This document shows, piece by piece, positions 15,901 to 29,035 of a stretch of DNA of 64,000 nt. The notes under the pieces are model-generated. The model was not told the DNA's origin. It saw only the letters and a program-made list of their open reading frames with translations, and did not search any database. Origin of the DNA: Eledone cirrhosa (taxonomy: Eukaryota); NCBI GenBank assembly GCA_964016885.1, contig OZ024741.1:32922001-32986000 (forward strand), written 5' to 3'. Position 1 is the first letter of the stretch. Every line of letters starts with the position of its first letter. The translations under genes were made by a program, and so were the position numbers.

Positions 15901-16299
15901 CGCGACGAGGAAACCGTCGCGCATGCATTTGTACACTCCCCGGGCGTTACCGATCTGTGGGGCTATGTAGAACGACTATTGTTGCGGGTGGGACTAATCC
16001 AGTTGACCACCGTATCCATTGTCATGATCAAACCACCACCCTCCTTCAAAAACGAAGGAGAGGTGGATTTCCTATGTGTTATGACTATGGTGAAAGAGGT
16101 TATATGGTGGACGAGGTTAAAAGGGCTGAGGTCAGACACCTTTCTCTCCGGCGAACAACTGATTCGTTTTTTCAAATATCATTTTGGAAGAAGAATCAGG
16201 ATGGAGAGAGGTGCTGTACCCCAGCAAATTTTATAAAAGGTGGGTGAATGTGGCAAAGATGGCCCGAGTGGTTGGGCCTTCTCTCTATATAAGCCTGTA
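12911..16299 (+). pseudogene. ORF2 (APE endonuclease + reverse transcriptase) of Tx1-like copy 1, multiple stops and frameshifts
   Basis: Split over ORFs starting at 12911, 13462, 14087, 14393, 14663, 15119 and 15253 with colinear EN/RT motifs. Confidence 0.93.
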
Positions 16300-16532
16300 G
16301 GTTGAGGAAAAAGAGGAAGAGAGCAAGGGAGTACTCACTCTTGGTGCTGCTTGAGATGAGGGTTGTACATTTTTTCGGGGTGTGTACAACCCCTGTGTAA
16401 CGCCTCCCCCTATTGGGGATTTCAATTGTTATTTGTTAGTTTATTAATAGTTTTATTTTCATATACCTGTATGTAAACTCCCCATTTTTATTCGTCCCCT
16501 TCTTTTGTGCCCTTGTGGCTAATAAAGAAACA

Positions 16533-16564
<32 letters not shown>

Positions 16565-16952
16565 AACAACTGGTTCTTTTTTTCAAATACCACTTTGGAA
16601 GAAGAATCAGGATGAGGAGAGAGGTGCTGCACCCCAGCAAGTTTTATGAAAGGTGGGTGAAAGTGGCGAGAATGGCCCGAGTGAATGGGCCTTCTCTCTA
16701 TATCACCCTGTAGGTTGAGGAAAAGGAGGAGGAGAGGAAAGGAGTACAAACTCTTCGTACTCCTGGAGTAGAGGGTTGCACATTTTTTCGGGGGTATGTG
16801 TTACCCATATGAACTGTCTCCCCCTATTGGGGAAAATCGACTAACTTTTTAAATTGCAGTTGTGATAACATTTTACACATTTTTATTGTATGTAAACTTC
16901 CCCCTTTGTATTTGTCCCCTTCTTTTGTGCCCCTGTGGCTAATAAAGAAACA

Positions 16953-17004
<52 letters not shown>
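16565..17004 (+). mobile_element. Tx1-like copy 2: severely 5'-truncated 3' end (ORF2 C-terminus + 3' UTR) with (CTAT)n tail
   Basis: Encodes QQLVLFFKYHFGRRIRMRREVLHPSKFYERWVKVARMARVNGPSLYITL; 3' UTR homologous to copies 1 and 3. Confidence 0.93.
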
Positions 17005-17005
<1 letters not shown>

Positions 17006-17224
17006 CTCTTTCTGTCTGACGTGTGGAATATCGCCGGTAAGTTTTTTGTTGATTTCTATGCAAAAAACCGATCTAATTGTTTGAAAAAAATACAACACTC
17101 TGTAGATTAACCCCCAAGCTGAATTGTCAGCTGGGTGGTAATCCCATGTTTCGCCCCTGTAGGGGCGAACATTTTATTTAAAAAAATTTGTTTTAAAATA
17201 TCAGATTTTACAAAGTAAAAAAAC

Positions 17225-19109
17225 TTGAGCAACACTAGAACGCTGGAGAACGTTAATAGAGAAAAGAGACAGAAAGAGGCAGATATTAACGTTATATCTG
17301 CTTCTGCTGCTATGGACGTTACCATAGATACAACTGTTACAAAAGAAAAAAATATATCAACATTTGAAAATTTTACAATTTCTACCGCCGAAGCGGAGAA
17401 AAATGACAATAACACACAGGAAAACACGGCAAAAAAACCCATTGACATACATACACATGAAAAAGACATCAACAACTCTACAGGTACATCTACACATAAA
17501 ATTTCCAACAACGATAACATCATTATCAACAACATCACACAAAAAAAGAAAATGTCTTTCGCTGACACAGTCAACAAGAAACAAGATTTTATAAATCTTG
17601 ATATCTCCAACGCAAGAGATATGCTCCAGCAAGGGAGAAAATTTGTAACTTTCGAAGAAAGAGGTGGGTTTAGAATTAACTCACCCTTTGAAATAAAGGA
17701 AGACACAAACCGCCGATCAGTCACTTTTAGGAATGTGTCAAATTCGTCAAGAAAACCGACATTTGTTAATCAGTCAGATATAGAAGATTCTTTCAAGGAG
17801 ATTCTAGGAAATGTCGATTTTCTCCAGCGAGGAAAACAGTATGGAAGTGTTTCCGTACTATTTAAAAGCGAGGCATTGGCCCCAAAAAACTCTGTGACAC
17901 CAATAGTGTCAAAAGCATACACCTTTTTCCCTACATACATGGGGAAAAGGACACACAAAAAAAATAAAAATAAAAAACATACCTCCAAGCATTAACATCT
18001 GGTGGATCTTGACTGGCTTCGTAGAGCCAGAAACAGACATAATACTTTCGATACGAAAATCCATTCGATAAAGGTGGGCGGGCACCGATTTGGAGATTCT
18101 GTTGCAAATGAAACCGGAGAGAATCTCCAAAATACCCGAAAGAGTCGTTATTGATAATAACAACAAAATAAACATTTCGGTAGAAGGACGAAAATTTCAC
18201 TGCTTTCGCTGTGGTAGCACATCTCACCTAATAGCCTCTTGTCCACAAACACACAACAACAGCATCATAGAAAAAACGATATTACCAACACCAACACCAA
18301 AACAACCACCACCACCACCACCACAAGTACAACGACAGACGAAACGAGCAACCACACCAAAACAAACAGACACTCAACCAACAACAACAGAAAAAACAGA
18401 GACAACACCCCTGAAGAACACATCCCCACTCCATCCCACTCCATCAAACACTACCACAAACACACATACCGAAACACCCCCACCACCACACAACATACCC
18501 TTACCCCACACATCTGACGATGATTATTCATCGACGGATGAAGCTGCTTCTCCTTCTTTAAGTGAAGAAGAGGGAGAACCGCGGAAATCCAAAAAACAAA
18601 AAAAGAGACACCACAAAACCCCCAAAACTCCAATCACCAACACCAACACACACCCACAGACACAAACAACAACACAAACAACACCACAGTCAAACATCCC
18701 CCTATCAGCAAAACCAGCACCAACACCACCCCAAACACAAGCACCCACCATAAAAAGAAAACTCCCGGATGAACAACAAACTAAAACAATACAACAAAAA
18801 CACAAACAACAATACGCATACATCAACACAAACAACAAGAGTTTGATGAAGGTCATCTCCCAAAACCCCAAGGTGGAGACGGAGGGCAAAACTTTCGTCA
18901 AGGCAGAATCGTCTCCACACCTTAAACTTATAAGGGTTTCTATGGAAACCTATAAAGACCTGAAAATTAAATTTTCACAGGACGTGGGCAACCCCTGCCA
19001 CAAACCCATCAACCGCGTCCTGTTGAAATGTTTCCCCACCCCACCCAACACCCCATCCAGCACCCAAATGGAGATTGAACAACCCGATCTCCAGGAAACG
19101 AAAAGGTAA
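17225..19109 (+). pseudogene. ORF1 of Tx1-like copy 3 (CCHC knuckle; frameshift near the A-rich run at about 17960)
   Basis: ORFs 17225-17995 and 18090-19109; motif CFRCGSTSHLIASC. Confidence 0.85.
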
Positions 19110-19150
19110 GTGCACCTTTCGTCCTTTTTCTCCAACTTTTCTTCACCAAC

Positions 19151-22100
19151 ATGGCTGGTTTACGAGTTGGAACCGTGAATGTGCGTGGCCTAGGGATGTC
19201 CTGGAAACAGGGCCAACTTTTAAACGACCTTAGGTCACACAGTATGGATGTGATAGCCATCACCGAGTCCAGAATCCACAACAGGCAGCAACTAACCCCC
19301 AACTTCGACGACTTTGAGATCTACGCATCTCTCTGTCAGCCAGGAGGTGGAGGTGGAGTGGCTGTCATGTTTCGGAAGAACCTGGACGTCGGAGTACAGC
19401 AAGTACACTTGGACCCGGAGGGTAGACTGGTAGTCCTAGACGTGAACAGTATCGGAGGTGGAGCCTTCAGACTGGTGGCCGTTTATGCCCCGACCGGGCA
19501 ATCGCAATCACGGCCAGACTTCTTTAAGCGTCTAGAGTCTTTTCTGGGAACGTCTCGCTCCTTACTTTTAATGGGGGACTGGAATGGTATCCTAGACGCA
19601 CGATGGGACTACGTGGTAGCATGTCCCAGTAGAGCGGGGTGCAACAGCCTCAAAACTTTAATCGGCCAATTCCAACTGGCCGATAGGTATCGACTGGATT
19701 TCCCGACTGCACCACAGTGGACGTGGGTAAACCGCAGTGGGACATCTAGATCGTATTTAGATAGGTTCTTCATTAGAGAAAGGGACAAGGATATGTTAAG
19801 CTGTCCACGAATGCACATGGTTGCCTATTCAGATCACAAGTTAGTCGTCTGCTTAGTCAACCGTGATAGAATACATAGACAGGGTCCCGGATACTGGAAG
19901 CTGAACGTGTCGTTGCCGGCACGTAAAGCTTACAGTGAACGGATAAGTAGACTAGTCAAGCAACAGTTAACGGGAGCCATCGTCAACAATAGATGGTGGT
20001 ACTCTCTCAAGAAAGCAATTAGAATAGAATCGATAGGGTATAGCAGAGAGTTAGCCTTAGAGAAAAACAGAATAGAAAGAGAACTAGTAGCCAAGGTAGA
20101 GGAGGCACTTAGAAGTGGCAACGATACTAGAGTGTTAGCGTCGAGAACGGCACTGGACCAGTTCTTCGATGCGAAACACGAAGGCTGCGTCGTCAGAAGC
20201 AAAACACGTGCTCTAGGAAACGAAGGAGCGAAAGCTGTCAGCTGGGCCCGAGTGGCGGAGGCAAAAAGTGGCAACAAGTTCACGATTCGGTCTTTGAAAG
20301 ACCAAAACGGACGCGTGCTACTTGACCCCAAGCAAATGTGCGCGGCCTTTCAGCGGCACTTTGCGCGACTGTTTGAGCAGAACGACGGTGAGCCGAACGG
20401 GGCAATGGCTTTAGTTCATACCGCGACGGCCTGCCGCGTCTCTCGAACACGGACGCCGAGTTCTGCGAAAGACCGATCACAGACACTGAGATACGGGACG
20501 CTCTGGGCCGCTGCGGGAAACGCAAGTCACCCGGTCTAGATAGTCTACCCTACGAATTTTACATAGGCATGCCGGACTTGTTCTCTGGCGTCCTCGAAGC
20601 CGTCTACTGCAATTGGCAGCAGAACGGGAGAATTCTCAGTTCTGCAGGCAAGGGCGTAGTAACGCTGATCAGGAAAGACGAGAACAAGGGGGACGAAATT
20701 AACAACTTCAGGCCCATAACTCTGCTCAACACAGAGTTAAAGATTTTGGCCAAGGTGCTAGCGACGAGGTTGGCGCTTGTCGTCGAGAACCTGGTCGGGA
20801 AAGTGCAAACGTGTGCAATCCCGACCAGGTCCATACACGACAACCTCCACCTCATGCGATACATCATAGAGAGGGTGGGTAGTAAACCCGGCTTCGGTGG
20901 GGCTCTGATCAACTTGGATCAGTCTAAGGCATTCGATAGGGTCGACCATCGATACTTGGAAGCGGTTCTCAAGGCGGCCGGTTTCGGTCCCGTGTTCAGA
21001 GGATGGATCGAGGCGATGCACACCAGCATCTGCTCGAGGGTCAAGGTGAACGGCTACCTATCGGAGCCGTTCGCAATCACGCGTTCCATTCGACAAGGAT
21101 GTCCTCTCTCCTCCATTCTGTATGTATTGACTCTAGAGCCACTACTGCGGAAATTGGAGCTGTTGCAGGGCATCCCCCTAGAACCGGGGCTGCGCAAAGC
21201 GGCGTCGGCTTATGCCGACGACGTGACAGTAATGGTGTCGAGCACCTCGGAAATCGGGGTGATCGGCAACATACTGAAAGAATACGAAACGCTGACGGGA
21301 GCAAAACTAAACCCAGACAAGTCTGTCGGTTTGCAACTCGGTACGTGGAGAGGCAAACCGATGACATCCGACAGCGTCGTTGGACGCTGGACGGACGGAC
21401 CGGTGAAATTGCTCGGGGTCTGATTCGGTCCAGACCTCCAGGTGGAGAAAAACTGGAACGAGCTCACGGCCAAGATGTTTGCACTCACTCAGAAGTGGGC
21501 AGAGTGCAAACTGTCCTTGAAAGGTCGAGCGGAGGTGGCGAACACTTTCATAGCGTCCGTCATCTACTACCGCTTGACTGTCGTGCCTTGTCCCCGTGAA
21601 CACCTCGCCAAGATGGAACGCATGCTCTTCCAGTTTCTGTGGAAGAAAAGGCTCCGCTGGTGAGGAGATCCGTCTGCTGTCAGCACCCTTCCAACGGAGG
21701 GCTGGGAATGCCGTGGCTGATGATGCGCAAACATGCGCTGAGGCTGCGGCATCTCCAGGTATTCCTCACCGACACCCAACCGGTGTGGGCACCGTTTGTG
21801 AGACAGGCTTTCCCACAGCTCGTCTCGCTAACGGAGCTGCAGTCCTGGGTGAAGAAAAGACCGAAAACGATGGGCGCCTGGCACATTGAATGCGCTCAGG
21901 CGCTCACAGTCCTTTGGCAAGCGGGCGCAGCAATCAGTGGAGACTCCACCTCGACATTCTATAGAGGGATTGTACGTTACAAGGACGACGACGTGCTCGG
22001 AGAGACTCTGGGCGTCGAAGACGATGAGCTCACCAGTATGTTTGGTAGGACTTTCCACCCGGGACCTATGGACAACTTCCAGAGGTCCCTGGCCTGGCAG

Positions 22101-22595
22101 TGCTACCGAGGAGCTCTACCGGTTCGTGACAAGATCTACAGGCACGGACGCCCTGGCAGGGATCCTTCCAAGAGGACGTGTCCAAGATGTGCTCAGGACA
22201 TTGAAACAGTTCTGCACGCAATTGTACACTGCCCGGGCGTAAGCGACCTGTGGAACTATGCAGAACAACTGCTGTCGCGTATGGGACAAATACAGTTGAC
22301 TGCCGAGTCCATAGTAAGGATCAAACCGCAAGACTCTTTCAAAAACGAAAGAGAGGCGGTTTTCCTCTGTACGGTGGCTATGGTGAAAGAAGTTATATGG
22401 TGGACGAGGTTGAGAGGACTGAGGACAGATGCCTTTCTCTCCGGACAACAATTGATTCCCTTCTTTAAGTATCACTTTAGAAGGAGAATCAGGGTGGAGA
22501 GAGAGGCACTGCACCCCAGTAAATTTACTGAAAGGTGGGTGAATGAAGCGAAAATGGCCCGAGTGATTGGACCTTCTCTGTTTATAAGCCTGTAG
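19151..22595 (+). pseudogene. ORF2 (APE endonuclease, RT, C-terminal CxxC-H-C) of Tx1-like copy 3
   Basis: VGTVNVRGL, LLMGDWN, YLDRFF, SDHK, DQSKAFDRVDH, RQGCPLS, AYADD, CPRCAQDIETVLHAIVHC. Frameshifts near 20410 and 21650; TGA at 21421. Confidence 0.95.
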
Positions 22596-22964
22596 GTTGA
22601 GGAAGAGAGCAAAAGGAAGAAAGGAGCACTTGCACAACACGCTCCTCGAGTTGAGGGTTGTTCTATCGACGGGGTATTAAACAACCCATTTGTGGCGCCT
22701 CCCCCCTATTGGGGATTTCGATTGTTGAAATTGTTTGTTTTTATATTTTTTACACGACTGTATGTAAAATCCCCGGCATGTCTTTGTATTGTCCCCTTTC
22801 TTGTTGCGCCCTTGTGGCTAATAAAGAAATCTATCTATTAGAATCTTCACAACTCTGCGAAATTATCTGTGTGAGTGGGAATTCTTGGAAATTGGATTCC
22901 ATTTAGTAAAAACACTTAGCTTAAGGCGTGACAGGAAATAAGGTGTGAATAGGTCAGCAACGAA

Positions 22965-23610
22965 CAACAACAACAACAACAGCAATTTCTCTATTGGCTA
23001 CAAGAGCCGACATATAGAGGAAAATACAAAAGACAGGGACCGTGGATTTTGCAATGAAATTAAGTAAAAAAAAAATAACAGATCACAATAAACAACAAAA
23101 TATACTTCCCCCAATGAGGTGAGTAACACCCAATAGTGACTCAGGAACCCCACCAATCTTAAACCCCCATACTCTTCAGGAGCACCATCGGAAGGTGCGC
23201 CCTCCTCGCCAAACTAGCTAGCCTACAGGTGCATGTTCAGAGTAGGCCCATTCACTACATTCAACCAACTTTTCACAAATGTACTGGAGACCACCCTGAA
23301 CTTTCTTTCCAAGTAGAACTTGAAAAAATTGATGAGGGGTTGGCCGAAGGGGAGAGTGTCTGTCTTCAGTCCTTTTAGTCTGGTCCACCCAACAACCTCT
23401 TCGTCACAGCCACCAGACAGACGAAAACTGCCTGCCCCTCTCAGCCAAAAGAAGGTGGTGAGGCGATCTTTATGTTGGATTTGTTCGATAGCCGAATCCG
23501 TACTAAACGCGATAATAGTCGCATTTGCATGCCTGACGAGTTTATCAAGAACTGGAGGTGGTCCTGGGAACAAAGAAACGAGCTGCAGAATGACTTGTCT
23601 CACAAACCGC
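22965..23610 (-). mobile_element. Old, decayed 3' fragment of a related Tx1-like family with (TTG)n-like tail
   Basis: ORF 23223-23603(-) contains EVVGWTRLKGLKTDT..GQPLINFFKFYLERK..VNGPTL, homologous to the ORF2 C-terminus. The minus strand ends CTCTTGTAGCCAATAGAGAAATTG. Confidence 0.85.
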
Positions 23611-23754
23611 GACCACAGCTGTTCACCCTTTAGGATTATCTGGAATCTTCCGTGGATTATGTTGGAAAATGAACCTTATTTGGTCATTCCATGAGAGTAT
23701 CTTGGTCAACCTATGAAATTTTATGCCGACCCTCGTATATTATATAGATCCTTT

Positions 23755-23889
23755 CATTATAATATCACTACTAGGTACTGTACACATATTATATACAACA
23801 CTATCATTACAGTATTACTACTAGGTACTGTACATATATTATATAGTACAACACTATCATTACAGTATTACTACTAGGTACTGTACATA
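23755..23889. repeat. Minisatellite of about 50-53 bp (ACTACTAGGTACTGTACA...), interrupted by the Helitron
   Basis: Three unit starts visible; the third resumes after 24447. Confidence 0.8.
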
Positions 23890-24447
23890 TCTATATATAT
23901 AAAACTCTACATGTGTATTACTTATGTTTCAGGGATGGTATGCACATAAAAAAATTCAACTTTTTGATCCCCTAGGTGAAAAACTGCGTCTTTTTCAGAT
24001 TTTTAGGGGTTTTTTGAGGCGTTACCTCAGACCGATTTCCTTGAAATTGTAACTATGTATTAGTCAGTCTCTTCTTCATACCATGAGCAAAGAAAATCCA
24101 ACTTTTTTATGGCCTAGGGCCCGCATTAGGTGAAAAAATTCATTTTTTTCAGCTTTGTAGGGCTTTTTTGAGGCGTTAAAGTCTAGCCGATATCCCGAAA
24201 TTTCAAGGCATATTATGCACATAAAAAAATTCATTTTCTTGATCCCCTAGGGACCGGCCCGCATTAAGTGAAAACCTCTATTTTTCCTGCTTCATCGAGT
24301 AAAATCTTAAAGATTATCCAGCCATCAGAGTATTCGGTTAATTTTCTTTACATATTGTCCAGGCATGCAATTTTTCCACGATTCGGTCTGTTGGCGGCCC
24401 GTGTTCCAAAATACCTTATCCCGTGCAGCGCCGGGTACCACTGCTAG
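23890..24447 (+). mobile_element. Non-autonomous Helitron (558 bp)
   Basis: 5' TC, 3' CTAG, subterminal GC hairpin CCCG-tgcagcgc-CGGG, A|T insertion without TSD. Removing it restores CTGTACATA|TATTATATAG, matching the preceding minisatellite unit. Confidence 0.88.
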
Positions 24448-24499
24448 TATTATATAGAATACTGTTATCAACATAGCCCTCTAAGATATTGTACATATA

Positions 24500-24656
24500 A
24501 TCGTTTCTACTTTTGGCACACGGCCAGCAATTACCCAGTTCATTAATGGTACTTTATTTTATCGACCCTGTAAGGATGAGAGGCAAAGTTAACCTCGACG
24601 GGATTTGAACTCAGAACTCTATGCGTCAAAGCATGGCGTCCGACCCTTTACCGATA
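24500..24656 (-). mobile_element. SINE family A (tRNA-like B box GAGTTCAAATCC; tail AATTGCTGGCC.TGTGCC....GTAGAAAC)
   Basis: Homologous to 29620-29850, 38440-38626 and 47806-47918. Confidence 0.75.
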
Positions 24657-24829
24657 TTGTACATATAATTTTCAGTAGAATACAGTTACTACAATATATA
24701 AAACTAAACTAAACTAAATTAAACTAAAAACCAAACCCAAATAACATTGTCGGTACTAGACAGAGAGAGAGAGGTCTGGGGGGTGTAATGAAAGTACATA
24801 AATATTTTAAGATTACTGAAATAATAAAA

Positions 24830-24895
24830 ATGGCGATGATGATAATGATGATGATAACAATAATAAACTTGATGAGGATGTTGGTGGTGATGATA

Positions 24896-24927
<32 letters not shown>

Positions 24928-25270
24928 AACAATAATAAACTTGATGAGGATGTTGGTGGTAATGATGAAGATGATGATGAGGAGGATAATGATGATAGGG
25001 GTGGTGGTGGTGGTGGTGGTGGTATTGGTGGTAGAGGTGGTAGTGGTGGTATAGGTGGTGCTGGTCGTGTTCGTGGTGATGCTGGTGGTGGTGCTGGTGG
25101 TGATGGTGTTGGTGGTGGTGGTGGTGGTATTGGTGGTGGTAGTGGTGTTGGTAGTGGTTGTTGTTGAGTGCTACTGCGCCTGGTGGTGGTGGTGATGGGG
25201 TACTACAACCTCTGATGAGTGTGGTGTTGGCTGTGGTAGTCTGGCTGCTGGTGCTGATGTTGTTGGTGAT
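24830..25270. repeat. (GAT)n/(GGT)n low-complexity tract
   Basis: Seen directly. Confidence 0.9.
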
Positions 25271-25653
25271 ATCTTAAAGAAATACAATAGAAGGAAGAAG
25301 AAGAAGATAGACCCTACTCCAATAATGGAAGAATAACAGAGAGTAGGAGAGCAGACGATCGCAAAATATTTACGAAGACAAGAAAAATGAGATTTGATTG
25401 GAAATTATCTGAATTTCAAGCAGATGTTTGTTGTTTGTTGACTCCATTCTAAAACATTGTCTTCATTTGTAGGTGGTATATTTGTAAAGAGGTCTCCAGG
25501 GATATGAATACATAAATATATATATATATATATATATATATGAATACATAAATATATATGAATACATAAATATATATATATATATATATTTATGTATTCA
25601 TATCCGATATCTGCATTGCTTTATTGTACTACAATAAAACTCAACTCACCTCC

Positions 25654-25735
<82 letters not shown>

Positions 25736-25867
25736 GAAGTGAGGTATTTTTTACAAAGTGAAAACTAACCGAGGTGTCCTACACGAGTGAAATTATAAAG
25801 AAAAAAAGATGAAATCGAAAATGCAACTGGAGTCTTATTTTTTTTAAATATATATATTTATGTGGTT

Positions 25868-25905
25868 CCATTACCGGTTTCACAGTTCTTCTGCTTTTCA
25901 AAAAT
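25868..25905 (-). ncRNA. Hammerhead ribozyme motif, U3:A8 core variant (second copy of the 33505 family)
   Basis: Minus strand TTGAAAA GCAG aagaa CTGT GAAACCGGTA; 25730-25940 matches 33370-33578. Confidence 0.55.
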
Positions 25906-25936
25906 AGAATTGAGATGGAGGGTCTGTGGTTTTTCT

Positions 25937-26021
<85 letters not shown>

Positions 26022-26115
26022 ATATATATGTATATATGTATATATATATATATATATACATATATATATTTACATAATATATAAGAACAAAAGATGGTTA
26101 AAAGAGTTCCATGTA

Positions 26116-26176
26116 TTTTATTATGCGCATTTCAAAAACAAATATCATCATGCAATAATATTTGTGTTTTCATCAG
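26116..26176 (-). ncRNA. Hammerhead motif, inverted copy lacking the 5' strand of stem I
   Basis: Reverse complement of 26240-26300; arms 26071-26176 and 26240-26345. Confidence 0.65.
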
Positions 26177-26233
26177 TGATTTAAAACTGAACTATCTACA
26201 AGTGTTTTTTAACCTTCATATCATGTCTTCCTG

Positions 26234-26300
26234 TTTTATCTGATGAAAACACAAATATTATTGCATGATGATATTTGTTTTTGAAATGCGCATAATAAAA
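26234..26300 (+). ncRNA. Type I hammerhead ribozyme
   Basis: TTTTAT CTGATGA [AAACACAAATAT..ATATTTGTTTTT] GAAA TGCGCA TA ATAAAA; stem I TTTTAT/ATAAAA, palindromic stem III. Confidence 0.82.
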
Positions 26301-26435
26301 TACATGGAACTCTTTTAACCATCTTTTGTTCTTATATATTATGTATACTCCAGTCCTATAAACTGTAGAGTGCTTCTTATCCGATATCTGCATTGCTTTA
26401 TTGTACTACAATAAAACTTACCTCCTACATATATT

Positions 26436-26474
<39 letters not shown>

Positions 26475-26483
26475 ATGTGTGTG

Positions 26484-26514
<31 letters not shown>

Positions 26515-26515
26515 T

Positions 26516-26546
<31 letters not shown>

Positions 26547-26744
26547 TATTATTATTTTTAATATGTTTTACTGCGACATATATATATATATATTTAGCTG
26601 TAGTGCTGAATAACCACCCCACTATGCACTCTCTCCATACTCGCCATGCACGATCTCCCTCTTGTTGCCCTCTATTGTATTTCTAATGTTCATGTGACTA
26701 AGCTCAGTAGAGATTATACTCAGCACTGTATTTTTGTTTATATA

Positions 26745-26789
26745 GCTCTGATGATTCCTGCCCAATGGTATGGATGAAACATTGTCAGC
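26745..26789 (+). ncRNA. Type I minimal hammerhead ribozyme
   Basis: GCT CTGATGA TTCC..GGAT GAAAC att GTC AGC, followed by AATAAA. Confidence 0.8.
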
Positions 26790-26835
26790 AAATAAAATTT
26801 GTATGAGTATGTAGGCGTTCTTTGATTTCTTTTAC

Positions 26836-26948
<113 letters not shown>

Positions 26949-27071
26949 AGAGAGAAAGAGATACATACATAATATATACATAAGGGCGGTGCCCCAGCAT
27001 GGCCTCAGTCGGATGGCTGGAACAGGTAAAAGAGTAAAAGAGTATACACACGCACACACACACATACATAT

Positions 27072-27232
<161 letters not shown>

Positions 27233-27925
27233 TGTGTATTGTCTTTTTATCGAGGTTTTAGGAAATATAACTTCAATAACCATGGTTGCTTACATATATG
27301 TGAGTGCTGCGCGTGTGTGTGTATGTATATATCTATTTATTTACCACATAGATCTTATGAAAGCACTCTACCACCCGATGCTATGGCCATTTAGGGCAGT
27401 GCAACACCCTGCTACCTATCTTGCTTAAGGAACTGAGATAAATGTCAGTATTGAATCATACTTATACAGATTTAGAAGTGGATTGACAGTAATCGAACAA
27501 GATATATATATTCGTGCTGATTTTAAGAACATTATTTGGTTGTCTTTGTTTTTTTCTTTTATATCTTTTTATTATTTTCATCGAAATCATGGATTATGTT
27601 GAAATCTATTTATTTATATTTTTATTCTGTAAGTATTTATGTTTATATATATGTACATATATATGTACATATGTATATACATATGTTTATATATACGTAC
27701 ATATATATAAACATATGTATATACATATGTTTATATATATGTACATATATCTGTACATATATCAGCACGAATCAGGAGCAAAACAATCATCAACATTCAC
27801 ACGAGAACTCACACACACATACTGATGTGTGTGTATGTATGAATAGACCTGTTATTTTTCTCTAAAAATATTTTTTTCCAATTCCACCCCGCCCGTCCCT
27901 TCAATCTTTCTAATTTCTCATCCTT

Positions 27926-27961
27926 TCTTGTGATGAAGGTCTAGCGCCCGAAACGTTAGGA
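27926..27961 (+). ncRNA. Decayed hammerhead motif (same family as 39052)
   Basis: GTGATGA AGGTCTAGCGCCC GAAACGTT; flanks 27880-28040 match 39005-39165. Confidence 0.5.
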
Positions 27962-28040
27962 CCCTCTTCCTGCTATTTCAAGCGTTAACATAATATATTC
28001 CTTCTATATACTGTACTGATTGTGTTTTTATTTCTGTTTT

Positions 28041-28138
<98 letters not shown>

Positions 28139-28273
28139 TTATTAATATGTTATAGATATAGATATATGTCCACGTGCCTGAATGAAGGGCCAGGTTAAAG
28201 GCGCCTCCTCCATTATACATATATGTAAATCTACACCCACATACACTCACATAGAAACACAAACAAAATATAT

Positions 28274-28318
<45 letters not shown>

Positions 28319-28763
28319 ATGTGTGTGTGTATGTGTGTGTGTATGTATATACATATGTAGCATATGTGTGTATATATATGTGCGTATGTGTGGTCTTTAC
28401 ATTTGTTTTCAAAATGTTTCGGGAGTGTTTTTAATATTGAATCAAAAACATTAGAATTCTTAATATATGTGTTTCTATATATATTTATGTATTCAGATAT
28501 GCCATTTTGTTGGATTATATATGCGGCGGTGTGTTGAAGTATAGCTAGAGAAAGGTTGATAAAGAACTCACATTTGAATAAAGAAAGTTTCATAGTGTCG
28601 GAATCATCTGAAGGTATGAAAAGGCGGGTTAAGTAGGTTAAATTGCAAGACAGGTTTTGTGGAAGCAGAAATTGTGAGGATCCCCGAGAAATTGCTTATT
28701 AGAGTGCTCGTCAAAGTATCAGTTAGGTTTGTCTGTTTCCAATGAATCTAGTATAGTATGTGA

Positions 28764-29035
28764 AGCCGTGTGGCTTTGTGGTTAGAGAATTCGACTGACG
28801 ATTGTGAAGTTGTGGGTTCGATTCATAGCAGCACGCTGTGTCCTTGAGCAAGACACTTTATTTCACGTTACTCCTGTCCACACAGCTGGCAAAAATGAGT
28901 CGTATTACCAAAAAAAAAAAGATGGACAGCCTTGTCACATTCTGTGTTATGCTGAATCTCCCTGAGGGTACGTTAATTTCACGTATCAACTGAAACACTC
29001 GTCGTCGTAACAGACGGAGTGCCACTACTACTAGT
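28764..29035 (+). mobile_element. SINE family B: tRNA-derived head plus conserved core (TGTGTCCTTGAGCAAGACACTT)
   Basis: A box TGGCTTTGTGG, B box GGTTCGATTC, (CTA)n tail; relatives at 57776-58040 and a 3' piece at about 37440-37490. Confidence 0.75.

Larger units (their letters stand above)
11670..16564 (+). mobile_element. L1/Tx1-clade non-LTR retrotransposon, copy 1 (5'-truncated, degenerate)
   Basis: ORF1 remnant with CCHC knuckle (CYNCLSCGHLRASC). ORF2 pieces carry the APE endonuclease (VGCLNVRGL, GDWN, SDHK, GPGYWKLN), RT (KSPGLDGLPYE, QGCPLS, YADD) and a C-terminal Cys motif. Ends AATAAAGAAACATA(TCTA)n. Confidence 0.95.
17005..22837 (+). mobile_element. Tx1-like copy 3, apparently full length (about 5.8 kb), few disablements
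   Basis: 5' UTR, ORF1, short pyrimidine-rich spacer, ORF2, 3' UTR, then AATAAAGAAATCTATCTA. Confidence 0.95.

Noticed and set aside
28764-28830. tRNA gene
   Set aside because: A and B boxes are present but there is no cloverleaf, and it continues into a SINE core and tail.
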